Source: Mobula hypostoma
Taxonomy: Eukaryota
NCBI RefSeq assembly: GCF_963921235.1
Contig: NC_086118.1
Span: 25,670,001 to 25,734,000 of the forward strand
Length of the DNA stretch: 64,000 nucleotides
Direction of reading: 5' to 3'
The position numbers were made by a program, and so were the translations under genes. Shown in pieces: positions 10,626-22,370 of the stretch. Numbering within the stretch: position 1 is the first letter of the stretch; every line of letters begins with the position of its first letter. The notes under the pieces are model-generated. The model saw only the letters and a program-made list of their open reading frames with translations, was not told the DNA's origin and did not search any database.

Positions 10626-13448
10626 ATTGTTGGGGAGGGTTTAAGCTAAATTGGTAGAGGGATGGGAACTGGGACAGTTGGTATACAACTAGATGTAGTG
10701 AAACTGTCAGGAAGTTCAGGCAAATGATAGGGCAAAGTTACCATCAGTGGGATGAGTTGCAGAATATCATGGGGACAAAATTGAAAAGGTGATGAATACA
10801 GTACCGAAGGTGTTATATTTGAATGCATGCAATATACAGAATAAGGTAGATGATCTTGTAATGACTAGTAGTTAACTAGTGGTGTTATGTAAAGATTGGT
10901 GTTTAGACCATTTCTGTTTACTTTATATGATTTGGATGATGGAATTGATGGCTTTGTGGCCAAATTGCAGCTTGAAGCTGCAGAAGAATTTGGACAGATT
11001 AGGAGAATGGGCAAAGAGATGGCAGATGGAATACAGTGTCGGGAAGTGTATGTTCATACATTTTGGTAGAATGAACAAAAGTGTAGACTATATTCTAAAT
11101 AAGCAGAAAATTCGAAAATCCATAGTACAAAGGGGCCTGGGAGTCCTCATGCAGGATTCCCTAAAGGTTAACTTGCACGTTGAGTCAGTGGTTAGGAAGG
11201 CCAATGTAACGTTAGCATTCATTTCCAGAGGACTAAAATAGAAAAGCAAGGATTTAATGTTTGAGGCTTTATAAGGCACTTGTAAGGCCTTACTTGCCTT
11301 GGAGTATTATGAGCAGTTATGGGACCCTTATATAAGAATGAATGTGCTGACATTGGAGACGGTTTAGAGGAGGTTCACGAATGAAACAATTAGCCTTTGA
11401 GGAGCATTTGATGGCTCTGAGCCTGTGCTTGCTGTAGTTTAGAAGAATGAGGGGGATCTCATTGAAACCTATCAAATGTTGAAAGGCCTAGATAGAGTGC
11501 ATGTGGAGAAAATATTTCCAATAGTGGGAGAATATAGGACGAGAAAGCACGGCCTCAAAATAGAGAGATGAGGAGGAATTTCTTTAGCCAGAGTGAGATG
11601 AACCTGTGGAATTCATTGCCACATGTGGTTGTGGATGCCAGGTTATTGTGTGTATTTAAGACAGTGGTTGATAGATTCTTGATTAGTCAGTGCATGAACG
11701 GTTATGGGAGAAGGCAGGAGAATGGAATTGAGAGGGAAAATGGATCAGCCATGATGAAATGGCAGAACAGAGGCCCAATTCTGCTTCTATCTCTCATGAT
11801 CTTATGATCTTAAGCTGCTTACAATTGTTGGATACATACCATCAAGTCTGCTCCACCATTGCATCAAGCCTGATCCATTTTCCCTCCCAACTCCATTCTC
11901 CTGCCTTCTGCTGTAACTTTTCATGCCCTGGCTAATCAATCACCATCTTAAATACAGATGATGATACAACCAGTCAGAATGCTCATGATTTTATATTGTA
12001 ATTTTTAGGAACTGAGCTGATTGAAACCTACATTTTTTTCTGAATGATTTTATAGTTAAATATATTTACACACACCTTGCACTTTTTGCCTTATTTTTAT
12101 GAACACTCACATAATTAATTTAGTTATTATATAGCAGAAATATGAGATGTCAGAGTTTTAAAAAAATCAAGTAATGCCCATTTTTGTGTCAATCTCCCAG
12201 TCAACAAGTTTACAGTTTTCTTGGTTAAGTCAAAACTGACCAAATAATGACAATGACCAAAGAAATGCAATTACTGCTTGAACTGTTTAATCCCCTGATG
12301 CTACTTATTACAAATACCAGGGATTTATCACTTGTCTCTGATGTTACTGGCAGACAGAGGGAACAATGCTGCAACTCCATTAAAACTGATAAACCACCCA
12401 ATCAAGCAAAACCTAATGGCCTTTTTAGTAAAGGTAGTGGACACCTGAGAAGATTGCTGAACTCCAAGTGTAATGATCGACACAAGGAGAAGTAATGATA
12501 ATAGGCAAATGCAAGATACCAGAGAAGCACATAGTGATTAGGAAACTTCCTAAGCTTTCAGAAGATTAATTCCTTAGTTCAAAATTAGTGTGATGCATCA
12601 CAGCCAAAGGAAGATGAACAAGATCACAAGACCACACATCAGACCTTAACTTAGTGTTCATACAACTTACTAAAATTGAACAAAGCATCCCTTTTACTTA
12701 TAACATAACTCTTCTAAAGATGTATCTGTCAGTAATGAATACTGCAAGTGTTCATGCTCTGTTCACATCAAATCAGAACCCAATTTGACCAACAGCTGAT
12801 ATCCTTCAGGGTATTTAGCTTGCAGCTATGTGAAATATCATACCTTTTGTGCCAAAGAGTTGGACATGTAAAGGATTTTTCCCCCTGTCGTCATTATTAT
12901 AACAGATTTTGCAAACATGCTGGAAACAGGAAATCATATAAACAAATATAATTTCAGGGGATGTTGATGGAGGGAACAATGCAGCCCGAGGTAGCTGATA
13001 TAAAATCTTAACCATCCTATCATCAAAATGATCGCTAAATCAAAAAAGAATTGCCAAGCTACAGACTATTCATTTTGCTCAGTTTAGTTGTCCATTAAAT
13101 ATCAATGTATGATCAAATTATCTCTTGTTAAGCATCTGTAAAAAAAAATGCTTGCGATCAAGTTGAGGTTTTATTCCCACTAACACCAATCATCCTGTTA
13201 CAAGTGAACTATTCTGGAAGGATGCACAGTTTGTATTTAAACTTTAAATTGTTGTATTCATATGAGCTTAGTAATATCATATGTTCAATTGTTTTCTTTT
13301 CACTTCCAAGGCACCATTTACTGTAAATTTGTCAAATAAGGAGTCTGCCATCACAAATGGGAGGTTCACTTTTGATGTCTGTATCTACAGGAGTTCTTTT
13401 ATATCCAATAGAGGAGACTTGTAAGACAATTTTCTCTCATTATGTAAT

Positions 13449-14008
13449 GAGTATGGGGTGTATGGGGTGTCAGGGAGGGGTAGCATCTCTGGTGGGGGAA
13501 CATGTCGTGTCCTTTTCAGGGCGGTTAGTCCACCTTTGGTCCCCACCTGGCACTCAGCTCTCACCTGTGGCTCCCTGTAGCTGTTTGCATGCGACAGCGG
13601 CCACACCCCGGGCAACGGCTTCGACAAGCCAGCTAAACCAGGTGAGGGTAGCCGACGGGTCTCAAACCCTCGGTGAGATAGGGAGTTGTCTATCCCAGCA
13701 TGTGAAGACAGACTCCGGCGGATTGAGCGGACGAGACCTATGGAAGGTCCAACGGTCAAGAAGGTGGTCTCTGCAAGCGTCGTGGAACGTGTAGAGCAGG
13801 ACAAGACACAGAACACGTCCTGGTCATCCACTGCGCCTAGTCCCATCTCCAGCCGTCTAGACTCTGACTTGCCACTGGATCCAGATGGGAATTGGGAAGA
13901 GAGAGTGAGGCTGACGCTGCGCAACTCTCCCTCACTTAAATCCAAATCATGCGCTAGTCTCGACACCATCAATGGTGTCGAGGTCTTCATCAACAATGGA
14001 CGAACAAC
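13449..14008 (+). mobile_element. Non-autonomous RTE-type retroelement (RTE-SINE-like) with 5' ribozyme
   Basis: Perfect 11-bp TSD CATTATGTAAT (13438-13448, 14009-14019); CpG-rich; 10-bp 3' hairpin at 13959-13982; ...GACGAACAAC tail. Confidence 0.85.
13464..13648 (+). ncRNA. HDV-like self-cleaving ribozyme with long J1/2 and hairpin-expanded L3
   Basis: P1 GGGGUGU/ACACCCC; P2 CUCACCUG/CAGGUGAG; P3 GGC/GCC; P1.1 CC/GG; GGGCAAC junction; P4 GGCUU/AAGCC; J4/2 GCUAA. Confidence 0.75.
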
Positions 14009-15689
14009 CATTATGTAATATCAAAACTACAGAGTTAAGACATCAAAAGTCAAATTCTCACAATTTACCTGTGTGTGGAAAAAGGCAAGCGATTGAAGAC
14101 CCAGTTCAAAACAATTTCTGACTATTCAATTAGGTATACTGTACAGATTTCAGCTATTGATCTATGTTGACAAGGTCAGGCATAGGATTGCTAAAAAAAC
14201 TATATACATCTCAGCCCTTGACACTGCCACAGAGTCTGGGTGCTCTCGTAGGTGGGCAGGTGAAAGAAGATGGAAATCATGTGAGAATGCACAAATTCCA
14301 GCCACTTACGGTTTCTTCGTAGTTGCATTTAATTCTCTTCCTTATGCCTCAGTCTCACCAAGGCTTGAGCAAAGCACAGCAAAGACAATGCTCTGTTTAC
14401 CTTAGCGCACTTTCTGGGAAAGAAAATTAATGATTTAGTTAGTTAGACACTGTTAAAGGAGTGGTATTAATTTAGTCCTAGAGTACTGCTTTTGAGCCAC
14501 AGAGAAGGTGTTAGTTTTCAGTTAGTTCAAAAGTTTTTTGCTAGCAGCCCTGTTGACTGAGTGTTTATTATTTTCCTTTGTTCTGAATGGTTCTTATTAA
14601 AACTTAGTCAACTGTTCATTCCATGTCTGTGTCTCTTCCTCTGCACTTGGGCCGTCAATGAACTCTTGTCAGTAGTCTTGTCAGGAAGATATATGTTTAT
14701 TAAGGCTTCTGACATTGTCTCAGATACTAAACAGCACAATCTGGTTTGAGAAAATCTTTCTAATCATTTTGTTATCAGCACTATAATTTAATATTCTTTA
14801 GTTTGAGGCATAATGGAGCTATGATTTTTTTCTAGTACTACCAGTAGTGTTTGATGAAGTGGACTGGAGGGGGTTCATGTGGGATAGAAATAGAAACACT
14901 GGCTGTAACCAATTTGGACCAATTGAACTGTCTGTGCTATATACTATGCCAACATGGATATTCTGAATTGTATAACTAGCACAAAGTTTGATAATTTGAA
15001 TTCTATATGAAGATGTTCTTTTGCAGAGGGATGGAAGGGGAGGAAGGTTAAATCCTGCCTAGATTAACAATAGCAATATTTGGATCAGGAGAAATGCAAG
15101 GTTTGTGGTAGACTATGAAGATTTTGAAATTTGTACAAATTTTGGTAGAAGCTTTACTGTGAAATCATCCAATGAACTGCAGATTTTAAGTAAATTTTTG
15201 CTGTTTGGAAAATATGATAGTGAAATTTCAATGTTTATTTATAAATTTGGTCTCTACAGGTGAGCTTGTGTTATTACTGCTTGGCTGAAATGGCAGTAAG
15301 GTAACAGTGAGATGTTTGGGTGATCCTGCAATCTGCTTGAGAAGAAATGGTAAACAAAGTGTCACCATAGGACCATAGGATCCAAGTATAACTCGAGGAA
15401 GAATGGTATGGTTACTATGAATGATGGTGTGGGAATACAGTAGAAGGAGGAATGCTGAAATATATTGATGTTTTTCTTTTATTCAAGAGAGCATGAGACA
15501 CTTTGCTGTCAAAATATTAACTGGAACAGTAATAAACAGGAAATAATAGAGCATGATCTCTGTCCAAGTGAATGGCTTTGTATCTGAGTGAATATTCATA
15601 ATTGCCTTTGCCTCTTGGAGACTTTTATGAACTTTGCACAAAAACATAAAATCATTTTACTTAATGGCGTTTTTAAAATAACTAAATAT

Positions 15690-16000
15690 TCCAAGGCACT
15701 CTGTGCGTAGTGTTACCAAACCAAGATTGACTCTGGGTTGCAGAAGGATATTAGGGCAGATGATTGAAGACTTCTTCAAAAAGTTGAGGTTTAAGAAACA
15801 TCTTAATGAAAGGAAAAAAAAAATCAGACAGTAAATAAATTGCAAAAGTTTGGACTTTGGCAACCAAAGACAAAATTCCCAGTGCAGAGCAATTAAAATT
15901 GTGCATAATCAAGAGGCCAGAACTAGAGGAGCACAGCTATCTAATTGGGTTGTAGGATAACAGAGAGGGGTGAGTTCTTGCTGATGGGGCCAGCCATCCT
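15690..16000 (-). mobile_element. Old L2-like 3' fragment
   Basis: Weak resemblance to an L2-type 3' end; mirrors 30350-30520. Confidence 0.4.
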
Positions 16001-16205
16001 TTACTGGTCCCTGTGTGTTGCTACCTTTAGGGCCTCCCTTTTGCAGTGGAGGAAAAAAAACATCTCGCTGCTTTTTACTACATCTTGCTCAGCTACTCAT
16101 CCTTGTTTTCAAATTCCTTCATTCCTACAGCATTCTCCAGCACAATTCTACTAAAAAGTTAACCAAGGACAAAGTCAAACCAAATGTCATATCCACATGT
16201 ACAAG

Positions 16206-19200
16206 TGTAATGCCCTGGTTAAGATTTCAACTGCTATGCTGAAGGTATCTCATTTTAACAGCTTTTGCAAAAGCAGTGTGTCCTGCTGGTAGAATATTTT
16301 GGTTTCGGCTACAGATAAGAAGCCCTGATGTTCAACTTAGGAATGTTGTGTCAGCCAATCAGGATGGTGGAATCGCTGCAAGAAGTACTTTGTGCAGATG
16401 AATGGCTCAAAGGAGGAAGGGGCAATACCCCTGAGAGAGAGAGCCCATTTGCTTGAGGTGTTTCTCGAGAGGAATTCAAAAAGGTGGCAGGTATTTTCAC
16501 TCAGACCATGAGTCCAGCGCGTGAGTAGGAGATACACCCATGAATACCCAGTATGAGAAGGTATGAGCTCCACCATTATGTGCATGTTTAGACTAAATTA
16601 ACTGTAATGGGCGCTTTTATTTTCTCTTGTTCTTTTCTTTATTTTAATAATTGTTTGATAAAGCCGAAACTAGTAAATATATTTTCTTTATAATTTTATG
16701 CAGTGCACAGTCTGTTATTTCTTGCTGACCAATGATTGTGTTTGGACAGTATTTACACAGCATTCACTCTAACCAAGGTTTCTTTAATCAGACCATCATA
16801 ATATTCCTGTTTGGTTGAACCCCAAATCATACTGACCCTAGACTTATATTGTTTGTGAAAGGTGTCTCCACACTGCTGAGTCACGTAGCTGCTGGCAGAG
16901 CCAGCTAATAAGCCAAGTTTGCTAATGAGTCTGGTGAGGTGGCTCCATTTCTGGGGGCTCACCTGGGATTCACTGATGCTCTGTGACTGCTGTTTTAGAA
17001 CTGATTAAGCAGTTTGTGCATTTAAGCCTGTGTTTAAACTAGTGTGGGGGAAAGTGACTAAGGTACTTTATTATGGATGCCATAGGGATTAAGGTTTGGT
17101 GTGATGCAAAGAGATTATCCATAAATAATGTGTGTGTTTTGAGTGGGGTGGATGTCTGAATTCCTGATGTACTGTTACTCAGAGTGCAGAGTTCTGTGAA
17201 AGTGTTGGGGAAAGTTATGCTGATTGAATGGCATTTTGACCAATTGGCTGGTAAGGATGTTGTGTAAGTCCAGGCTAGCAGTGACATGGCTGAAGACATG
17301 CTGCCTGATAGGTTGGGAGACCCTGGAGGGGCGGGGCCATGGGCAGGCCATATTTTTAGGGAAGAGTGGCATGTAGCTGAGGCCAAACACTTTACAGACA
17401 GGTTTTTATTGCTTCTGCGAAGTGAGGGAAAAGAGTTGTCTGATGTGAAAGGTCTAATGGGTCCTTCAACAGTTGATTTAAATTCTGAGCTGGTTTCAGC
17501 TATTACATCACTGGTTGATAAATGCCAAAAGTGTGCCTGCGGAGAGCCAGAGTTATTGTAGGCTGAGAGTGTTCGCTGGAGTCAAACCCAAACCCGATGG
17601 GGAAGAGGAATATCAGGCTTGGGCTGAGCAGGCATCTCAATTACTGGATGAGTGGCAGTGCTCAGATAATATGGAAAAACAGAGACTAGTAGAGAGTTTA
17701 AAGGGCCCAGCGGCTGATATGGAGAGGTTCCTCAAAGCCGAAAATCCATTAGCCACATCAACTAATTACCAGCAAGCTCTGGAAGGTGCTTTTGGCACTG
17801 CAGAAAGTGCAGCCAATCTTAGGAGGAAGTTTAAGCACACATTCCAGGAGGAAGGAGAGAAATGGTCTGCCTACCTTTTCATGTGGGAGAAACTGCTACA
17901 AAGGGGGCATTCAACTGTCTGAGACAAATTGCTTGAGGATGGAGCAAGTTGTGAAGAGCACGCTGTCACATGACGTGACTGCTCTACGTAGTCAAATGAC
18001 CCACAAGATGCGTGCTCCTCCATCTTTTACCGAGTTGCTCGGAGAAGTTAGAGAGGAGGAAAACAAGACTGAGAAGCGGAACATTTCCAAAAGCTGTGTC
18101 ATGTCTTCAGTGGTAGCCTCTGCTGGTAAAGTGACTCCTGATTCCACAGAGTTGGAGTTTTTGAGGAATGAAGTGGAAAACCTTCGAGCTGAACTGATTC
18201 CATAGCTGTCTGCTAATGTTTCAGCTAAATGTATTATGTCCTTTGGGAAACCCAACCTACCTGTAGGACTTACGACGGAGAGGAATGCTACTGAAACGGT
18301 CTGTTGATGAGAGAGGCGACTGGTATTTTCTGTTGCAACTGTGGAGAAGATGGACATTTCAAGCGAGACTGCAGGGGACAGGACAATCTTCAAAATGTAT
18401 GTCAGTGCTTATTCAAACAGAGAAGAAAAGAGGCAAAGCTATGGAGGGACCCAGTAAAGGAATGGGCTGACATATTGGAGAGAATACATTCCAATTAGTG
18501 TATCTTAGGAAATACTAAAGTACAAAACACTATTCCTGGGGGGTTAGTGGGACCAAGCTCTGATGTATCCATAGGGATTGAAGGTGCTTATGCTGGAGCC
18601 ATTCTTGACTCGGTTTCTCAAGTTACTTTGCTTTATAAATCCTTCTACAACTGGTATTTTACGCATTTGCCTCTGATGCCACTCAGTGCCCTTGAGATTC
18701 GGGGGCTTAGTATTGATGAGTACCCTTACAATGGTTACCTGTCATTGAAACTGGAACTTTCAGAAGCATATGTTGGAGTACCTGAGACTATTGATGCATC
18801 AGTGTTGGACTGCCTAGATCCGGTTGAAAAGGGTGGAGCTTCCATTTTTGTGGGACAAGTATTTCCATTGTGAGGAGACTCTTGGGAGACAGCAAGGAGA
18901 GAAATGAAGAGATCTTTTTGAAAATCTTCTCCATTTACCCTGTGTTCAGAGCTGTTTTTGAGAAGCTGTAAGTTCCTCCTGAGCTGGATGACGAGCAGAA
19001 ACGAGGAACGGTGTGGCACACCCAGTCTAAACCTATCATGTTACATCCTGGAGGAGTAGTTAGAGTGATAGGAACCCCCAAATTTGCCGAAATACCCAAT
19101 GCCTTGGCCATCCATGTGGATGCTCCTGATGATCAGGAAGAAGAGTCACGCGGGAGTGCTGGTGATACCCGAACTGCAGAAAGCTTTGGCTGTCTATGAA

Positions 19201-20797
19201 AACATGATGACAGTGATTATCAGGAACCACAGGAAGAGATGTTACCCTCAGACATGGGGTACGGGTTGCCCCTCTTTTTTCTGTGATGGTAGCCTCTATT
19301 TTTCCAGGGGCGATGGAAGAGAAACTGTCTCCTGGATTGAGGAAATTAACATCAAAGTCATACAACTTTGGTGACTCACCAGTGCCCGAGGAATGGAAAA
19401 GGAGTTTAATTGAGAAGTTGTTGGAAAGCAAAAATGCCTTTTCTACTGAAGAGTATGATGTTGTCTGCTCCAAAAGTACTTGCCACACTGTTAGAGTGAC
19501 TGAGGACACCCCTTTCTGAGAGAAGTCTCACTGATTAGCACCAGCGGATGTTAAAGATGTTTAGCAGCACCTGCTTAAACTGAAGGAAGCTAAGTTCAGT
19601 CATAGAGCAAGGAGAACCGAGCTGCTGGAAGGTATAAGTGTTAGACAGGATGAGTCACAAGGAGTGGTTGAAGCTGGAGAAGCAGAAGATGAGACAAGGA
19701 GGTCTCAGGGAGCCAGGAAATCCCTAGCTAGGCTGGCACAGGATGCACCTGAGAAACAGAGTGTCATGTCCATTCCCATGGTGAGATATGCTACTTCTAT
19801 TTACAAATGGATTGAAGGCCCTGAAATCACAAAATTCATCTGAACACCGTGTTATTAATAATAGTTTAATAAGTTCCAAAGTCATGAGGACATGAACGTT
19901 TTTGGTGGGGGCGGAGAGGTAGAGTGTAATGCCCTCATTAAAACTTCTATTGCTATGCTGTAGGGATTTCTTTTAAGCAGTTGCTGCAAAAGCTGTGTGT
20001 CCTGCTGGGAGAATGTTTTGGTGTCATCTAAAGATAAGAAGACCTGCTGTTCAACTTAGGAATGTTGTGTCAGCCAATCAGGATGGTGGAATCGTGAGAA
20101 AGTTCTAGAGGGAGGGAGGTGGAGAGAGATTTGTGACGAACAGTAATCAGATTCAGGGTCTTTTTGGCTATAGCTGTGGAGAGGACAGGAAGGAAGAAGC
20201 CTCAGAATGCCATGGGAAGTAGAGTCCTCATTGCAAGAAGTGCTTTGCGCAGATGAATGGCTCCAAGGAAGAAGGGCAATGCCCCTAAGAGAGAGAGCCC
20301 ATTTGCTCAAGGTGGTTTGTGAGGAGAGTTCAAAAAGGTGGCAAGTGTTTTCATGCAGACCACGGACCCAGTGTGTGAGTAGGAAATACACTCCTGAATA
20401 CCCAGTTTTGGAAGGTATGAGCTCCAAAGTTGTCTGCTCATTTAGACTGGTTTAACTGTAATGGGCCCTTTTACTTTCTCTCTTTCTTTTCTATCTTTTA
20501 ATAACTCTTTGATAAAGCTGAAATCAGTAAATATGCTTTCTTTATAATTTTATGCAGTGTACGATCGGTTATTTCTTGCCAACCTATAGTTGTGTATGGT
20601 CGATATTTACACAGTATTCGCTCCAGTTGAGGTTTCTTTAATCGGAACACCACGACATTCCTGTTTGGTTTAGCCCCAAATCATACCGACCCTAGATGTA
20701 CGTATATTGTTTACGAGAAGTGGCCTTCTCATCACTGAGTCACGGAGCTGTTGGCAGAGCTGGCTAAAGAACCAAGATTGGTTATGAGCCTGGTGAG
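16206..20797 (+). mobile_element. Gypsy LTR retrotransposon with PNMA/Ma-like gag; pol mostly deleted
   Basis: 5' LTR 16206-16947 (TG..CA); PBS TGGGGGCTCACCTGGGAT at 16952-16969 (tRNA-Pro type); PPT ~19905-19924; 3' LTR 19925-~20797. Confidence 0.92.
17075..19600 (+). pseudogene. gag-pol: Decayed gag (PNMA-like capsid plus CCHC knuckle), protease and RT start
   Basis: YCRLRVFAGVKPKPDGEEEYQAWAEQASQLLDEWQCSD..KQRLVESLKGPAAD; CCNCGEDGHFKRDC; protease-like AILDSVSQVT; HTVRVTEDTPF. Confidence 0.85.
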
Positions 20798-22060
20798 TAA
20801 TATTGTAAATAAATTGATTCGTTAAGCATTCGTTGTTTACATAATTCATTATGAGTTATGTGTAAAAGTAGGTGAATGGCATACGTCATTATGCCACCAT
20901 GTCATATTTAAGCACCTCACTAAAGAAAATAACTAAGTACACGTTTATCCCGGCTCCCATGTTTTTCTTTTTTAATTAGTTTCCGGAGTTCCAAAACATA
21001 ATAGTGGCAATGAGATATTTTTAAAACGAACCTTGAGACGACTACCTGAAGTACAGTGAGACATTTGTGTTAAAAAAAGCACACAATGTTTTTCGTTGGA
21101 AGTGGAGTGAGACATTCAAGTAAAAAAAAAGACAGAAAACAAATGAAAATAACAAGCAATGTGTATGACCAGGGGTTCATAAACAGTGAGTACCGGGTGA
21201 TAATAATAAACAAATAAATAAATAGCAGAAATGGCAGGTTATATCGGAAAGATAGATGCATTTTATTGCACCAGAGATAACAGGATGATGCAAACTGAAC
21301 AAATTGAACAGTATTTTAAAGCAAATGGAATAGCCAATAAGAAATGAATGCCAGTATTGCTGAGTGTAATAGATGGGAAAGCATACTATTTGCTTAGCAG
21401 TTTACTGTTCCAACCAAACCAGCCGAAATGAGCATTGCTAATATTATGAATATAATGCAGAAATAACAGTATTTGGAACCCAAACCATTGTTGATTGCAG
21501 AATACTTTAGGTTCATAAGCAGAATCAAAAAGAAGGGAAGTCCATTTTAACTAACATCGCTGAATTGAAGAAATTGTCTGAGCATTGTCAGTTCAGTGAT
21601 GTGCTTAATGATGCACTGAGAGATGGTTCAGTTTGTGGAACCTTACAAGAAAACATTCAAAAAAAGCTCCTAATTGAAGCCCAACTCACACTTAAAACAG
21701 CAGTTGAAATCGCTCTGTCAATGGAAACAACCGCCAGAGATGCAATTGGGTTGCAGTCAGGAATGAAAGTGAGTGTGAACGAAATTGCAATGTCTAAACC
21801 AAAGCCTGCCCGGCTAAGTAACTATGTTAGCATAGCAGGGGCTCACACACAACAGACCAATGCAGGTTTAAAGACAGAACTTGCAGAAAATGCCGCAAAG
21901 TAGGACACATACAAAGAGCATGTCAGACAGACAAAAATAAATGAACAGCTCAGGGAAGAGAATTTGCAGTCAAATTGCAATTTTAAAAAGAACATGAATC
22001 TAAATGCAGATAATGGAAAAATCTGATGATAATGAGAGTGACACAGAACTGGGTAGCCTT

Positions 22061-22370
22061 GACTGCACCATCTTCTGGGGTTTAGATGCTCCATCTCTTC
22101 AGAATATGGATAGCTGGGACAGCCTCTTTAAAGACCCAGGTCTGACTGTCCCACTAATTAGTAGACATAATTTGGTGCCAGGATTTTAATACTTAAATAG
22201 CACCTGAATTGAGGTTCAGTGCTCAATCACCAACTCTATGTTGGATTCTTGTCTAGCATCTATTTTAGAACCCTGCCCTTGTTTTAGTCTCGTATTGTGT
22301 CTCGATTCCAGTTTTGAATACCCCAACGCTTCGGTTCTAACCATCTTCGCCTAGGTCTCTTGTCAGAATT
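22061..22370. mobile_element. ~310-bp unclassified insertion (possible small solo LTR) in the Gypsy gag-pro junction
   Basis: Host frame ELGSL resumes as ..IYNVKTNKRQ after it; TG...CA-like ends. Confidence 0.45.

Larger units (their letters stand above)
7966..11810 (+). mobile_element. Degenerate CR1 (ORF1 esterase, large ORF2 deletion, RT and 3' end), split by a younger CR1
   Basis: CLPGTRVRDVS...VHIGTNDIG esterase; resumes at 10626; RT C-terminus 10870-11810. Confidence 0.9.

Noticed and set aside
13357..14018. Overlapping ORFs of 145, 208 and 110 aa
   Set aside because: No recognisable motifs; by-product of a GC-rich non-coding retroelement
17515..17922. Host PNMA/MOAP1 gene
   Set aside because: Lies between LTRs with a PBS and is frameshifted: retrotransposon gag
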